Shown here: positions 11,253 to 21,245 of the stretch, piece by piece
Numbering within the stretch: the first letter of the stretch is position 1
Layout of the letters: every line of letters starts with the position of its first letter
Assembly: GCA_977017575.1 (NCBI GenBank)
Contig: CDRNVI010000074.1
Coordinates: 59,753-123,752, forward strand
Length of the DNA stretch: 64,000 bases
Direction of reading: 5' to 3'
Origin: Paramoeba atlantica
Taxonomy: Eukaryota; Protista; Discosea
Program-made: the position numbers and the translations under genes
Notes under the pieces: generated by a model
Databases searched by the model: none
The model's input: only the letters and a program-made list of their open reading frames with translations
What the model was told of the DNA's origin: nothing

Positions 11253-11578
11253 CTGGGCGATGGGATTAGGGAGGGAGGGGGTATAATTATAATTATAAAA
11301 ATTAATGATACCGTGTAAATGACCGCTATTCCAAAAGGTCGACGCTAGTACGATCTGTAAGATGGTAGTGCCAGGGAAGACCGCGAGTAGATCCCGGCCA
11401 TGCTTCCCCATGCAGATTTTTTTCAGCGAATCGCGTTTTACAAAAATCAGTATCTTCATCTCAGAAAGAAAATCCCCCCCAAAAAGATTGTCTTTTCCCC
11501 TACATGAGCATTTTTTCATGAATCAATATCTGAAGCTGAGAGTCAAATAAGCAAAAGAAATCACATAGAGGTAATGTA

Positions 11579-12572
11579 CTATAAACGAATATCAATACCT
11601 ATCTGAAGCTGTGAGTCAAGTTCTTCAGGCATAGTCAGAGCATCGTCATGCTCTGACTCATCTGCATCTTGCACCACATAGGAGAATAAATCACGTCGAC
11701 GAGTCTGGGCTTCGAAAGAATTAGTTGAATCTTTAAGAGTTTCGGTCGTGATTCCGCATTTGGCCCATGCAGATGTTGTTGCGTTTTTGAAAAGCGGATC
11801 ATCCATATCCTTGTACGCCTTCTCGACACATTCTAAGAGTTGCCCTTTCGCAATTTTAGCGCCCAAGGCCTTAGCAGTGCCTATGCGTTCTCCTTTTTGG
11901 CGTTGCTGTCTGCAATACTGCAGTATTGACATCGTGCGATGCATCACGATCTTTGGTTTCAGTCGATTAAAAAACCCAACATCACAAGGTTGATAAAGCG
12001 AAGTGCACCCCGCTGGAACATAAACCAATCGCAACCAAAAATACTTCCCCCCTGAGCAACACTGAGAAATTATCTGTTCGTTGGTCGTGCGAGAAACATG
12101 TACACTGCAGCAATCTAAGAGAAGAAATAAGGGTTTTCCGACAATTTTCAGCTCTTCAGTGACTTTAATGTAGTAAGGCTGAACAACACGATCAATATAT
12201 TCCAAAAGAGCATTGGTTGAAACGTAGTGGTTTTCTGTCTGGTACTGAACCCCTTGAGTGTTCCATAGAGGAGTTTAACTCAAAGTTTCCTTTGAGTGTT
12301 CTATAAAGTATTGGCCATGTATCCCCTCCATCATACTTTCTCAAAGTTTCCTTTGAGTGTTCTATAAAGCATTGGCCATGTATTCCCTCCATCATACTTT
12401 CTCCTGCACTAAACATGACAGCACGTGCTGAACGGAGATAGTCTTCCCATAAATTACTAAATAAAGTTTGTATTTTCTCACCATCCGCCTCCAGCATAGA
12501 AATCAACCATTTGCGCTTTTCTGTAAGAAATTTCTTCGAAGGGCGTCCATCCACGTTCACAAAATAATCCAT
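11579..12572 (-). pseudogene. pogo/Tc5-like DDE_1 transposase remnant, split into two frames
   Basis: LLLDCCSVH ... VPAGCTSLYQPCDVGFFNRLK fits the DDE_1 pattern; ~61-bp internal duplication at about 12281-12402. Confidence 0.7.
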
Positions 12573-12737
12573 CTTAAGTAGAATAAAAGAAACAATTCTT
12601 TGGTTTAGAAAAAAATTAAGAAATAGCGTTCAATTAATTTGTGATTTATAAAACTTAATGATCCCGCATAAACTAAATTTTTATAACTCGAAATCCATTT
12701 ATAAAAATTAATGAGAAAGGGAGTATATTGGCTCCAG

Positions 12738-13268
12738 TTTTTGACAGACCACGGGGGACCGCTGGCCTGACTCGGGGATGGAGCCAAGGTCTCCGAACCC
12801 TCTAGATGGGCACGCATTCTGAGTTCGCGCGCTAGCTGGCGTTGCGACAGCTTGTCCTCGGGGAGAAAAAGGAAACGTTTAACGGCGAGGTGGAGGTTCC
12901 AGGCCTTCTCGACCTTGCCCTCCACTGACTTGTTTATAAAATCATGGCATACACTGGCAGTGTATTCCTTCCAAGCCGGGTATTGGAGTGTATATCTCCA
13001 TATAGTTTACGTAAGGACCCCCTCCCAAGGAGCTCTGCTAAGTTTTCGGGGGAAGGGGCTTGTCCTCGCTCCTCAACTGGAGCGCCCTGGGTTGTCGTGG
13101 TGGATTGCTTGTTTCGTGTGATGGAAGACACCCTCCCACCTCCGATGCCCCCCCCTCTCCCGTCGTCCGCTGAGAAATTTTGGGAATATTGGCGGCCGCC
13201 GCGATGTGCTCGATCAGGGTCCCGCGAGAGAGCGGGGTGGGCCCCCCATTACAATGGGATTTTAGATG
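12738..13268 (-). mobile_element. Internal fragment of a second, diverged copy of the CRE-like element
   Basis: Reverse complement matches ~8480-9000 (last repeat remnant through GPPWSVK) with scattered substitutions. Confidence 0.9.
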
Positions 13269-13415
13269 CAGATTTTGGATAGGTTATTGTAAACAATAAC
13301 CTATTGTTATTAATAGACGGTTGTCAATAACAGATGAACCCCCCCTTTAGTTTTAATGCACAAAAATTTACGGAGACTCTAAATCAAAGACAGTATTTTT
13401 AAACACCTTTTCGCT

Positions 13416-14195
13416 TTGAAAAATACCTTCAGTGATCGCATGAAGGAGGAAAACAGTGATGAACAAACGACACAACTATCGGAAAATGAAGCTCTGTATA
13501 ACGAATTTAGCAAACGGGAACCTGTGGGCGATCTGCAATCGCTTGAATCACTAGAGATCGAATACACAAGTGAAAATTTCGTGAGCAAAAATGTAAAGAG
13601 TTTGAGAAACAGCTATGCAAAATGGCGGCCGATTCGTGGGGATGGAGATTGCTTTCCCCGATGTTTTGCTTTCGGCCTGGCAGAATATCAGATACTGAAT
13701 GCGCCCAAGTCAAAGAGTTTGGCCTTACATGTAGTTCAGAATATTGAAAATGTGCGAGATTCAATACTTGCAAGGCATGGCGAATATTTTCTCGACTTCT
13801 ATGAAGTGACTTATAATTTATTTAGTCGTATAGCACGTGAAGAAGAAAGCGTATCCACTCTTGAGCACTTTTTTCGATCTTCTGTAGGAAATTACATAGT
13901 ACAGTTTTTCAGATATCTGACATCAGATTATTTGTTGACCCACACTCAAAATTATGAAGTGTTCCTTCCGGAAGAAATTACAATGGACGTATTTTGCCAG
14001 AATGAAGTAAATATTCCGGGACGCGATTTTGATCATGTTCAAATACTTGCACTTTGCAAAAGCATCGGAGTCGGCATCCGTATTGTTTATGCAGACAATT
14101 CCCCCACACTTAACAGCTACGTTGTTCCTGAGGGCGTGCCAACGGTCCTCAATTTACTATATCGTCCTGGACATTACGATCTTCTGTACCCTTGA
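13416..14195 (+). CDS. Otubain-family (peptidase C65) deubiquitinase; first ATG at 13440
   Basis: WRPIRGDGDCF catalytic Cys box and LLYRPGHYDLLYP His box. Confidence 0.9.
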   Translation: MKNTFSDRMKEENSDEQTTQLSENEALYNEFSKREPVGDLQSLESLEIEYTSENFVSKNVKSLRNSYAKWRPIRGDGDCFPRCFAFGLAEYQILNAPKSKSLALHVVQNIENVRDSILARHGEYFLDFYEVTYNLFSRIAREEESVSTLEHFFRSSVGNYIVQFFRYLTSDYLLTHTQNYEVFLPEEITMDVFCQNEVNIPGRDFDHVQILALCKSIGVGIRIVYADNSPTLNSYVVPEGVPTVLNLLYRPGHYDLLYP

Positions 14196-14444
14196 ACCAA
14201 TTCTAACCAATAGGTCAGCAAAAAGAATCTCCCGCTTCAAAAAATTGATTTTCTCTTTACAGTAAAGACGTGCACTACGTATCGCAGTAAAACCGATATT
14301 CTTATATTTCTGAGAAAAAAATGATGAGTCTTTGTAAAATGCCATAAATGGGGATAATACAGTCATCGAAAGGATTATGGACGATCTTGTGTGCCTTTGT
14401 CATTGGTATAGTGTCATTTAGTTATTCTTTAGTTATTCATTTCC

Positions 14445-17033
14445 GTGGAAAATTGTGAAATGGGCTATGATCCAATATTTTCAGATCGAAACGTTTCTTC
14501 CTCGCGTTCGGATACGACGAACTTCGGCATTAAAACTGTTCTTGATGAAAGTGGACTGCTTACATCTCCGCGAACACATGCCTCCGTGATCACCCCACTG
14601 GTAGAAATTCAAAAACACATTAACGAAGACCCGTGCGTTGTGGGACTCATTTATAATCGTGCACGAGAAGTAGGCTTGGCGAAATGCTACACACGCACTA
14701 TGCATTTTGTCATCACACAGATGCTGGACGACTCCTCATTCTCAGGAACTCTGCAACAGCTGTCTGCATGCTCCGTGCAAGAAATTCTTATACCTTCGAC
14801 ATGCGTGGAGAGTTCTTTCTTGACCACTTTGAGAGTGTGGTTTCATGATGTCGAATTTGTTGCCGTGGCTAGAAAGTTATTTAGCGACTCGGACGGTCTG
14901 TGTTATCTCTCCCCTGAGAGCTCTGTGTATATCGATGCAAAGGACAAATATTTGTGCCTTGCTTCACTAGCCGCTGTGTTGCGCTATCTTACGGAGCTAC
15001 ACAAGATACGATTTATTCCGGGTACGTTGCGTGTTGAGTATCATCGGCGTGAGAAATACATGGAGCTTAGTCGCAGCACAATGCAAGCTCTGCAGTTATT
15101 ACCCCAACGTCGCACGAATATTGCAGAAACTTCGACTAGCAATCGTTCCGTTGGTCCGCGCTCTAAGCAGAACTTTTCGCAAAGCAATGAGCTTGCGGTA
15201 GATCCCGATGAGATATGTCTTGCGGATGCTATCGATCACACAAGAACACAGATGGGCAGGAGATTTTTGTATGCGTCGATTGTTCAACCTATAGTAGACA
15301 TTCGAACCTTAGAGCTGCGCACCGGAGCGGTGCAATATTTGATGCACACACAGGCTGTGCGAAACGAGGTCGTATCGATTCTGAATAATGTGCAAGATCT
15401 CGATCGCCTTGTTGCGTTCTTTACTTTACAACCAACGAATACAGACCGGAAGTATACATCACAGAGACTTGGCAGGACCAACGCAATTCGAAAGTCGATG
15501 ATGCTTGTAGAACGGGTTAGCAAAGTCTTACTTAGTGCTGTAGATGCGAATGAGCTTTTAAGCAATATACGACAAGCCTGCGATTCAACACATCTACGAG
15601 AATTTTCCCAAAAACTTGACGACTTTTTTGAACCTACATTATCTGAAACGGACAACGTGTTCTCTGAGGAAGGATCCGGCACGTTTCGATGCGCTCAAAA
15701 TTACTTCTGTTTACGTGAAAATTTGAATCCTGAATTGGATGACGCACGGCGTGAATTTTCTGTAGTGATGACTCGCATGCTTGAAGAGTGCTCTCGTTTA
15801 CAGGAAAAGTATTCAATACCAAGCCTACGAGTAGCGCACGCTCAAAATGATGGTTTTCATTGGTCTTTGGAAGTTTTAGATGCCGCAAGAGTGCCAGATC
15901 ACGTTTTTCTTCGACAGCACAGAAGGAAGAAAAGAATATCATGTACTACGAGAGAGATGATGTCGCACAATCTGTACAGTGACAATCTTACACGGAAAAT
16001 AGTGAATGCTGCAGATTTGATTGCTGAAGACATAAGCAAGGAAATACGAGCAAACAGCTCCATACTTTTTAAAGTGATAGACGCTCTTTCACTTCTCGAC
16101 TTTCTTTGTTCACTCGCTCAAGCTGCTGTTGGTTGGGGGACCCTTGTATGCCGTCCCCAATTTGAAAAACAAGAGCTTCGAATTCGCAAAGGAAAATCTC
16201 CCACAATGGTATCCCATATAGGCGCCATGAACAGAAGAGAGGTGCAATACAACGATGTGAATTTGTCTTTGGCCGACAAATCATTTTCATTAATTTGCGG
16301 AGCGAACATGTCAGGAAAGACATGTTACTTGCAGCAAGCAGGGCAGCTCTGTGTTCTCGCTTGTATTGGAAGCATGTTACCCGCGGAAGAGGCAGTTATT
16401 CCGAATTCAGACAGGATTTGCTCCCGCATGGGGTGTGATGATAGTATTGAAAACGATGCAAGCACATTTGCGCAAGAAATGATAGAGATTGCACATATCC
16501 TGCAGTGCAGCACACAATCTAGTTTAGTGCTTATTGATGAAGTGGGGCGCAGTACGAACCATCACGACGGTGGTGCCATAGCGTTCGCTATTGCATCCTA
16601 TCTTGCAGAACAGCGAGTTTTATCACTTATGACTACACATTACACCGAGCTCGTATCACTCGCCAATTTGTATTATCAAGTACAAGTACAACACTTCGTT
16701 GTACATGCAACCCCAAATGGATTACGGTTTACTCATGTACTCGTCGATGGATCATGCCCAAAATCACACTATGGACTTGATCTGGCAGCCACGCTAGGCT
16801 TTCCAGAAGAGGTTCTTACCGAAGCCAGAACTCTTCTAACACAGAAAGAAGAGCGTGATCTCCGTGGGGAACAAGCATCCTCTAACATTCCTCAGTCATG
16901 CGATTCTATGAAAGGAAGACCAGAAACAGTACAACGGGAAGTGTTGCAGGAAATCCATGGTGTACTTAATGGAAATCATGAAAGCAGTATAATTTTCGAT
17001 GCTCTGAGGAGCATCAGAGCGAAGTATTTTTAA
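14445..17033 (+). CDS. MSH4: Meiotic MutS homologue MSH4
   Basis: Walker A GANMSGKT, SRMGCDDSIENDASTFAQEM, IDEVGRST, N-terminal NRAREVGLA; no mismatch-binding domain I. Confidence 0.8.
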   Translation: MENCEMGYDPIFSDRNVSSSRSDTTNFGIKTVLDESGLLTSPRTHASVITPLVEIQKHINEDPCVVGLIYNRAREVGLAKCYTRTMHFVITQMLDDSSFSGTLQQLSACSVQEILIPSTCVESSFLTTLRVWFHDVEFVAVARKLFSDSDGLCYLSPESSVYIDAKDKYLCLASLAAVLRYLTELHKIRFIPGTLRVEYHRREKYMELSRSTMQALQLLPQRRTNIAETSTSNRSVGPRSKQNFSQSNELAVDPDEICLADAIDHTRTQMGRRFLYASIVQPIVDIRTLELRTGAVQYLMHTQAVRNEVVSILNNVQDLDRLVAFFTLQPTNTDRKYTSQRLGRTNAIRKSMMLVERVSKVLLSAVDANELLSNIRQACDSTHLREFSQKLDDFFEPTLSETDNVFSEEGSGTFRCAQNYFCLRENLNPELDDARREFSVVMTRMLEECSRLQEKYSIPSLRVAHAQNDGFHWSLEVLDAARVPDHVFLRQHRRKKRISCTTREMMSHNLYSDNLTRKIVNAADLIAEDISKEIRANSSILFKVIDALSLLDFLCSLAQAAVGWGTLVCRPQFEKQELRIRKGKSPTMVSHIGAMNRREVQYNDVNLSLADKSFSLICGANMSGKTCYLQQAGQLCVLACIGSMLPAEEAVIPNSDRICSRMGCDDSIENDASTFAQEMIEIAHILQCSTQSSLVLIDEVGRSTNHHDGGAIAFAIASYLAEQRVLSLMTTHYTELVSLANLYYQVQVQHFVVHATPNGLRFTHVLVDGSCPKSHYGLDLAATLGFPEEVLTEARTLLTQKEERDLRGEQASSNIPQSCDSMKGRPETVQREVLQEIHGVLNGNHESSIIFDALRSIRAKYF

Positions 17034-17417
17034 TACCAGATGGACACCCGCTTTCGAAGTGGAGGGTATTTGCTCGTGCAATAATTATGTTATTCAGTTC
17101 AAAAATCGATCACTATCTCTTGCTTGGATTCCAGTTAGCAACTATTTTTTACTTGCATATCTATGTCTTGCCATATCCTTGTAATTCAATGTTTGCATTG
17201 TTTACGTTTCAAAGTTTTCATTATTTACTTTCAACGTTTTCATTATTTATTAGTCGCAGACTATTGTTTTATGTTTGGTATGATTTATAGTGATTACCCG
17301 TTTATTCACGATTCATTTATTGTGAAACACCAGTACAACTACGAATACATTTTCATATTACGAAAAAGCATTTTTTTGATTGTAGTATTATCTTTACACA
17401 TTTAGATTCCTCGCAAC

Positions 17418-18905
17418 ATGCAGTACCAGGGCTCATCCGCGGGTACGTGTATGTTCTGTCGCCAAACAGGTCACACTCCCATCAACTGCCCCAATAAAAA
17501 GGCTGGTGTGAATCCCACCGCGTCAGGTGGAGACAGCATGAATATACAACCCATTGAATCACTTTCTCCCTACATTGGCGGCCGATGGGTCATCAAAGCT
17601 CGTGTCACAGATAAGTCCCCTGTCCGAACGTGGTCCAATGCCCGCAGCCAGGGAAAGCTCTTCTCCATGACCCTAGTCGACCAAAGTGGGCCGATACGTG
17701 CGACAGTGTTTCAAGAGGGTGTTGACAAGTTTTACGAAACCCTGGTGGAGGGCAATGTGTACACCTTTTCGAAAGGTCAAATTAAGACAGCAAACAAAAA
17801 ATTTTCCGCAGTCAATTGTGAGTACGAGCTCTCCTTTGACAAAGACACTGAAATCACCTCCGTCCGTGCGTCAGATGCACTCAACAAGGTTCTCCCCCTC
17901 AAAGTGTTCAACTTCGTCCCCATCGGCTCCTTGAAAGGCAAAGAAAAAGGCAGCACCCTTGACGTCATCGGTCTCATCACCGCGATTCAAAACCCCCAAA
18001 CCATTACCACCAAAATCGGCCAATCCCTGATCAAACGCAACATCTCCCTGGCGGACCAGACCGCTCAAATCGACGTCGTCGTCTGGGACATTCTCGCCAC
18101 CAACTGGGATCTCCCCGTCGGTGCGGTCATCGGGATCAAGTCCGCCCGGCTCTCGGAGTTCAACGGGGAGCTCACCCTCTCCCTCGGCCACAGCTCCACC
18201 CTCGAGCGCTCCCCCCCGGAGTCCCACATCCAGACCCTCCGGCAGTGGTTCCGCAGCTGTGACGGTGTCATCCAGGTCCCCAACCTGTCGCTCTCCGACG
18301 GCACCTCGAGCTCGCGTGGGCCGGTGCAGTACCGCAACACGCTCGAGGAGATCCCCCGGCTGGGGCTGGGGAGGGGGGAGAAGCCGGACTACATCCACGT
18401 GCGGGCCACGATTACGCACATTAAGGCGGATAGCTTAATGTACGACGCGTGCCCGACGTGTCACAAGAAGCTGATTCCGGTGGGGATGGAGACGGCACTG
18501 CGGTGTGAGAAGTGTGACAAGACGTACAGTGTCTCGGAGCCACGGTATTTGGTGGCGCTGATGATTAGTGATGGGACAAGTCAAAACTGGGTTACGGTGT
18601 TTGATGAGCACGCGAGTAAGATTTTTGGTATGAGTGCGGCGGAGATGAAGCGGCAGGCCATGGAGGATCCGAATTTCATATCGTATGTTTGTACGAGCCG
18701 GATGTATGCGCAGTTTGTGGCCGCGATACGGGTGAAGGAGGAGAGGTTTGGGGATGGCTTTGAGGAGCGGGTGAAGCTCAGTCTGGTGAACCCGTTTCGG
18801 TGGATTGGAAACCTTCCGCCGATGATTGGAGAGGATGGACCGCTGTCCACGTTTGCCTATGAGCTTCAAATCATGCTGCGCGAGATCGACCTCTTCTTTG
18901 CGTAA
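17418..18905 (+). CDS. RPA1: Replication protein A large subunit
   Basis: OB-fold motifs WVIKARVTDKS, GKLFSMTLVD, C4 finger YDACPTCHKK..CEKC, WVTVFDE; lacks RPA70N and has an N-terminal CCHC knuckle. Confidence 0.92.
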   Translation: MQYQGSSAGTCMFCRQTGHTPINCPNKKAGVNPTASGGDSMNIQPIESLSPYIGGRWVIKARVTDKSPVRTWSNARSQGKLFSMTLVDQSGPIRATVFQEGVDKFYETLVEGNVYTFSKGQIKTANKKFSAVNCEYELSFDKDTEITSVRASDALNKVLPLKVFNFVPIGSLKGKEKGSTLDVIGLITAIQNPQTITTKIGQSLIKRNISLADQTAQIDVVVWDILATNWDLPVGAVIGIKSARLSEFNGELTLSLGHSSTLERSPPESHIQTLRQWFRSCDGVIQVPNLSLSDGTSSSRGPVQYRNTLEEIPRLGLGRGEKPDYIHVRATITHIKADSLMYDACPTCHKKLIPVGMETALRCEKCDKTYSVSEPRYLVALMISDGTSQNWVTVFDEHASKIFGMSAAEMKRQAMEDPNFISYVCTSRMYAQFVAAIRVKEERFGDGFEERVKLSLVNPFRWIGNLPPMIGEDGPLSTFAYELQIMLREIDLFFA

Positions 18906-19309
18906 TGGAAAGTGCCGCTGGATACAACAAAAGCATGATATTTGTTTTTTCACAAGTATGTTCAATCGCACTTTGAGACGGTTAAAAGTGAAAAATATTT
19001 GCAAAATGTACACTGAGTTAGAATTTTGTTGTTTGTGATTCGTTGTGAAGGCTCATGACAGACCATTGCAATGCCATGACTATTTTCAATACACAATGAA
19101 ATTTGGCAAGTAGCATGATATGGAAAGTGGTTCAGAAATGAACGTCACATAGCAGGAAGACTTATTCGTAGGATGCAGATGCGCTGCCTTTTTACATTAC
19201 ATGACACTTTGAGTAATATTAGTCTCGAACGCGGACACTAAAATGAGTGATTATATTGTCCTGATATCTTGCACAACGATTCACTAAGTTTACCCATACA
19301 TGTATATGC

Positions 19310-20497
19310 ATGACGCAAAACCTGCAACTGTCGCCGATGTTAGAAATAGGTGAGTCTTTTTTATCGTCAGATCCTTCCACCTTTGACTGCGATGAATACG
19401 AAAAGACTCTAAGCGGACAGCCTATATCGTTGTGTCTGAGCTATACAAGTTGCATGCAACCTGAACACTGTTCGACCCACGTAAACTTGCTTGGAGACAG
19501 ACGTAAGTTGATGGAGAATGTTTTAGTTCTTGACATTGGGGGAAATCGATGGGGTCCGGATCAAGCGCGAGATATACTCCCCCAATGGTTGGCTTTACTT
19601 CCAAATTTGCGAGAGCTCGATATACGTGATAATAAGTTATTACCTAGGGGAGCTCGTATTTTATTTTCTATGCTAGCGCAACACTGCCGCAAATCTCTTC
19701 AAAAGTTGTCTCTGAACGAAAATATGATTGGCGACGAAGGACTCTTGGTCCTCGAGGAAAACATACTCCCTAATCTGGTGAGTCTTAACCTTGTTACAAA
19801 TTTTATAACCGCGAAAGGTCTCGTATCTTTGTCGAAAATTTTAAGAAGCATTCCGCAAACTATCGAAGAGCTCACTCTAGACTACAATCCGATTGGTAAT
19901 GAAGGCGTACGAATACTTTGTGAATGCTTGTCACGTCAATCAACGCCGCTACGCCTACTTAGTTTGGGTGACTGCCACTTTGGCAATGACGCTTGCGTAT
20001 CCCTTGCTGCATATTTGGGTTCACCCGCATGCCAACTTTCTGAATTAAACCTGAGTGTAAATCGTATTCAAGTATCAGGCATGACCGTTCTTGCAAAAGG
20101 GGTGTATCAGTGCTATTCCTTGCGCTCTCTTGACCTTGGAGGAAACGATCTTGGCGATCAAAGTATGCTTGAAATCATGGTACCGAATCTGCATTTCTTT
20201 TCTCATTTGCGTATATTGGACCTTAGTTGCATAGGAATGACTGATCCAATGGGGTATAAGCTTGCAGCGAAGATGAAGAAACTACAAATGCTAGAAAAAG
20301 GAACGATAATCCATATAAACGGAAATAATCTGTCAAATGATGTGTTTCAGAAGTTTTGCAGGACAGACAATTGTTCTCCGTTAAAATTCGTTCCGACGAA
20401 GCTAGTCAGAACGGATTCGCGAATTGCTCCGCGGATGGCTAATGACCGGAGCAACTATAACGTCCGCGTCGCGAAGATCATGTACGGATGTCATTGA
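19310..20497 (+). CDS. RNI-like leucine-rich-repeat protein
   Basis: Repeated LxxLxLxxNxIGxxG units (LQKLSLNENMIGDEG, IEELTLDYNPIGNEG, LRSLDLGGNDLGD). Confidence 0.85.
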   Translation: MTQNLQLSPMLEIGESFLSSDPSTFDCDEYEKTLSGQPISLCLSYTSCMQPEHCSTHVNLLGDRRKLMENVLVLDIGGNRWGPDQARDILPQWLALLPNLRELDIRDNKLLPRGARILFSMLAQHCRKSLQKLSLNENMIGDEGLLVLEENILPNLVSLNLVTNFITAKGLVSLSKILRSIPQTIEELTLDYNPIGNEGVRILCECLSRQSTPLRLLSLGDCHFGNDACVSLAAYLGSPACQLSELNLSVNRIQVSGMTVLAKGVYQCYSLRSLDLGGNDLGDQSMLEIMVPNLHFFSHLRILDLSCIGMTDPMGYKLAAKMKKLQMLEKGTIIHINGNNLSNDVFQKFCRTDNCSPLKFVPTKLVRTDSRIAPRMANDRSNYNVRVAKIMYGCH

Positions 20498-21192
20498 AGT
20501 ATCTTCCAGTTGAATCCCTCCTTTGGACCTATTTTGTGGAGTACAGCAATACATGTACAACATGTAAAAAGCATTGTGAGGATAAAGCCATATTAGAGCA
20601 AAGTAGATTTTATTTCTTCTTTGCTCACAATTTAAGATTTCATATTCTAATAATACGTGCATTAATAACAATGAATTCAAATTCCTTGCCAAATTCGTAT
20701 TCATCGGCATTTCCAGAAACATTCGTCGAAGTTTTTTCAGAAAAGCTGAAACACCTAAATATAATCAAGGATCCTTTTCTATCTCTGCTTCTGAGCGCGT
20801 TTGAAACAGAGATGTGTCTTTCCGTCCATAATTCGTTTGAAAATGTTTTCTACACACGGAACGGAGAAAAGATGGTACCATTGCTCTCCGGAGTAGCTGA
20901 GCGTAGAAAAGAGTATGCTGCAATATGCGGTGTAGTGCATAATTTTTCTGTATCTCAGCAGTTAAAATTTTGTCGTGACTTCGGGGAAATAGGCCTGATA
21001 TGGAAGAGAGATTCTGTTGATCAACAGAGCGAACACGTGACGAATATGCTCGAATTTACAGGTCTTCAGCCGATAAATACTTCGGTTGTGCTGCTGAGCG
21101 TAATTTCTCCACGCAACGAGGGCTACGTGCCTAGAGTGGCGATTGCTGAGCTGCCAATCGTAATCAGTAATATCGAATTATTCACAACATGA
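20488..21192 (+). CDS. Hypothetical protein; real start may be the ATG near 20671
   Basis: 234-codon ORF on the cluster strand; no motif recognised. Confidence 0.4.
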   Translation: MSLKYLPVESLLWTYFVEYSNTCTTCKKHCEDKAILEQSRFYFFFAHNLRFHILIIRALITMNSNSLPNSYSSAFPETFVEVFSEKLKHLNIIKDPFLSLLLSAFETEMCLSVHNSFENVFYTRNGEKMVPLLSGVAERRKEYAAICGVVHNFSVSQQLKFCRDFGEIGLIWKRDSVDQQSEHVTNMLEFTGLQPINTSVVLLSVISPRNEGYVPRVAIAELPIVISNIELFTT

Positions 21193-21245
21193 TCATTTGC
21201 AGTTGTAAAAATACACCCCGATAGGGCAACGATATGTACCCGTTA

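Larger units (their letters stand above)
5190..11305 (+). mobile_element. CRE/SLACS/CZAR-clade non-LTR retrotransposon (RT plus restriction-like endonuclease), apparently full length, frameshifted
   Basis: N-terminal Zn fingers, internal tandem repeats, RT, CCHC+RH+PD-like..D endonuclease, AT-rich 3' tail, SL-derived 5' flank. Confidence 0.85.

Noticed and set aside
5123-11304. Terminal inverted repeats around the CRE-like element (TTAATTTTTATAA.. and ..TTATAAAAATTAA)
   Set aside because: Low-complexity AT sequence of self-complementary TTATAA units; non-LTR elements do not have TIRs
13279-13304. Perfect 12-bp palindrome ATAGGTTATTGT-AA-ACAATAACCTAT beside the CRE fragment
   Set aside because: A single AT-rich instance with no second copy or context; may be a repair scar but cannot be supported further
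17871-18419. 182-aa antisense ORF in RPA1 and many similar shadow ORFs in ATR, MSH4 and the retroelements
   Set aside because: Explained by codon bias of the sense gene; no motifs
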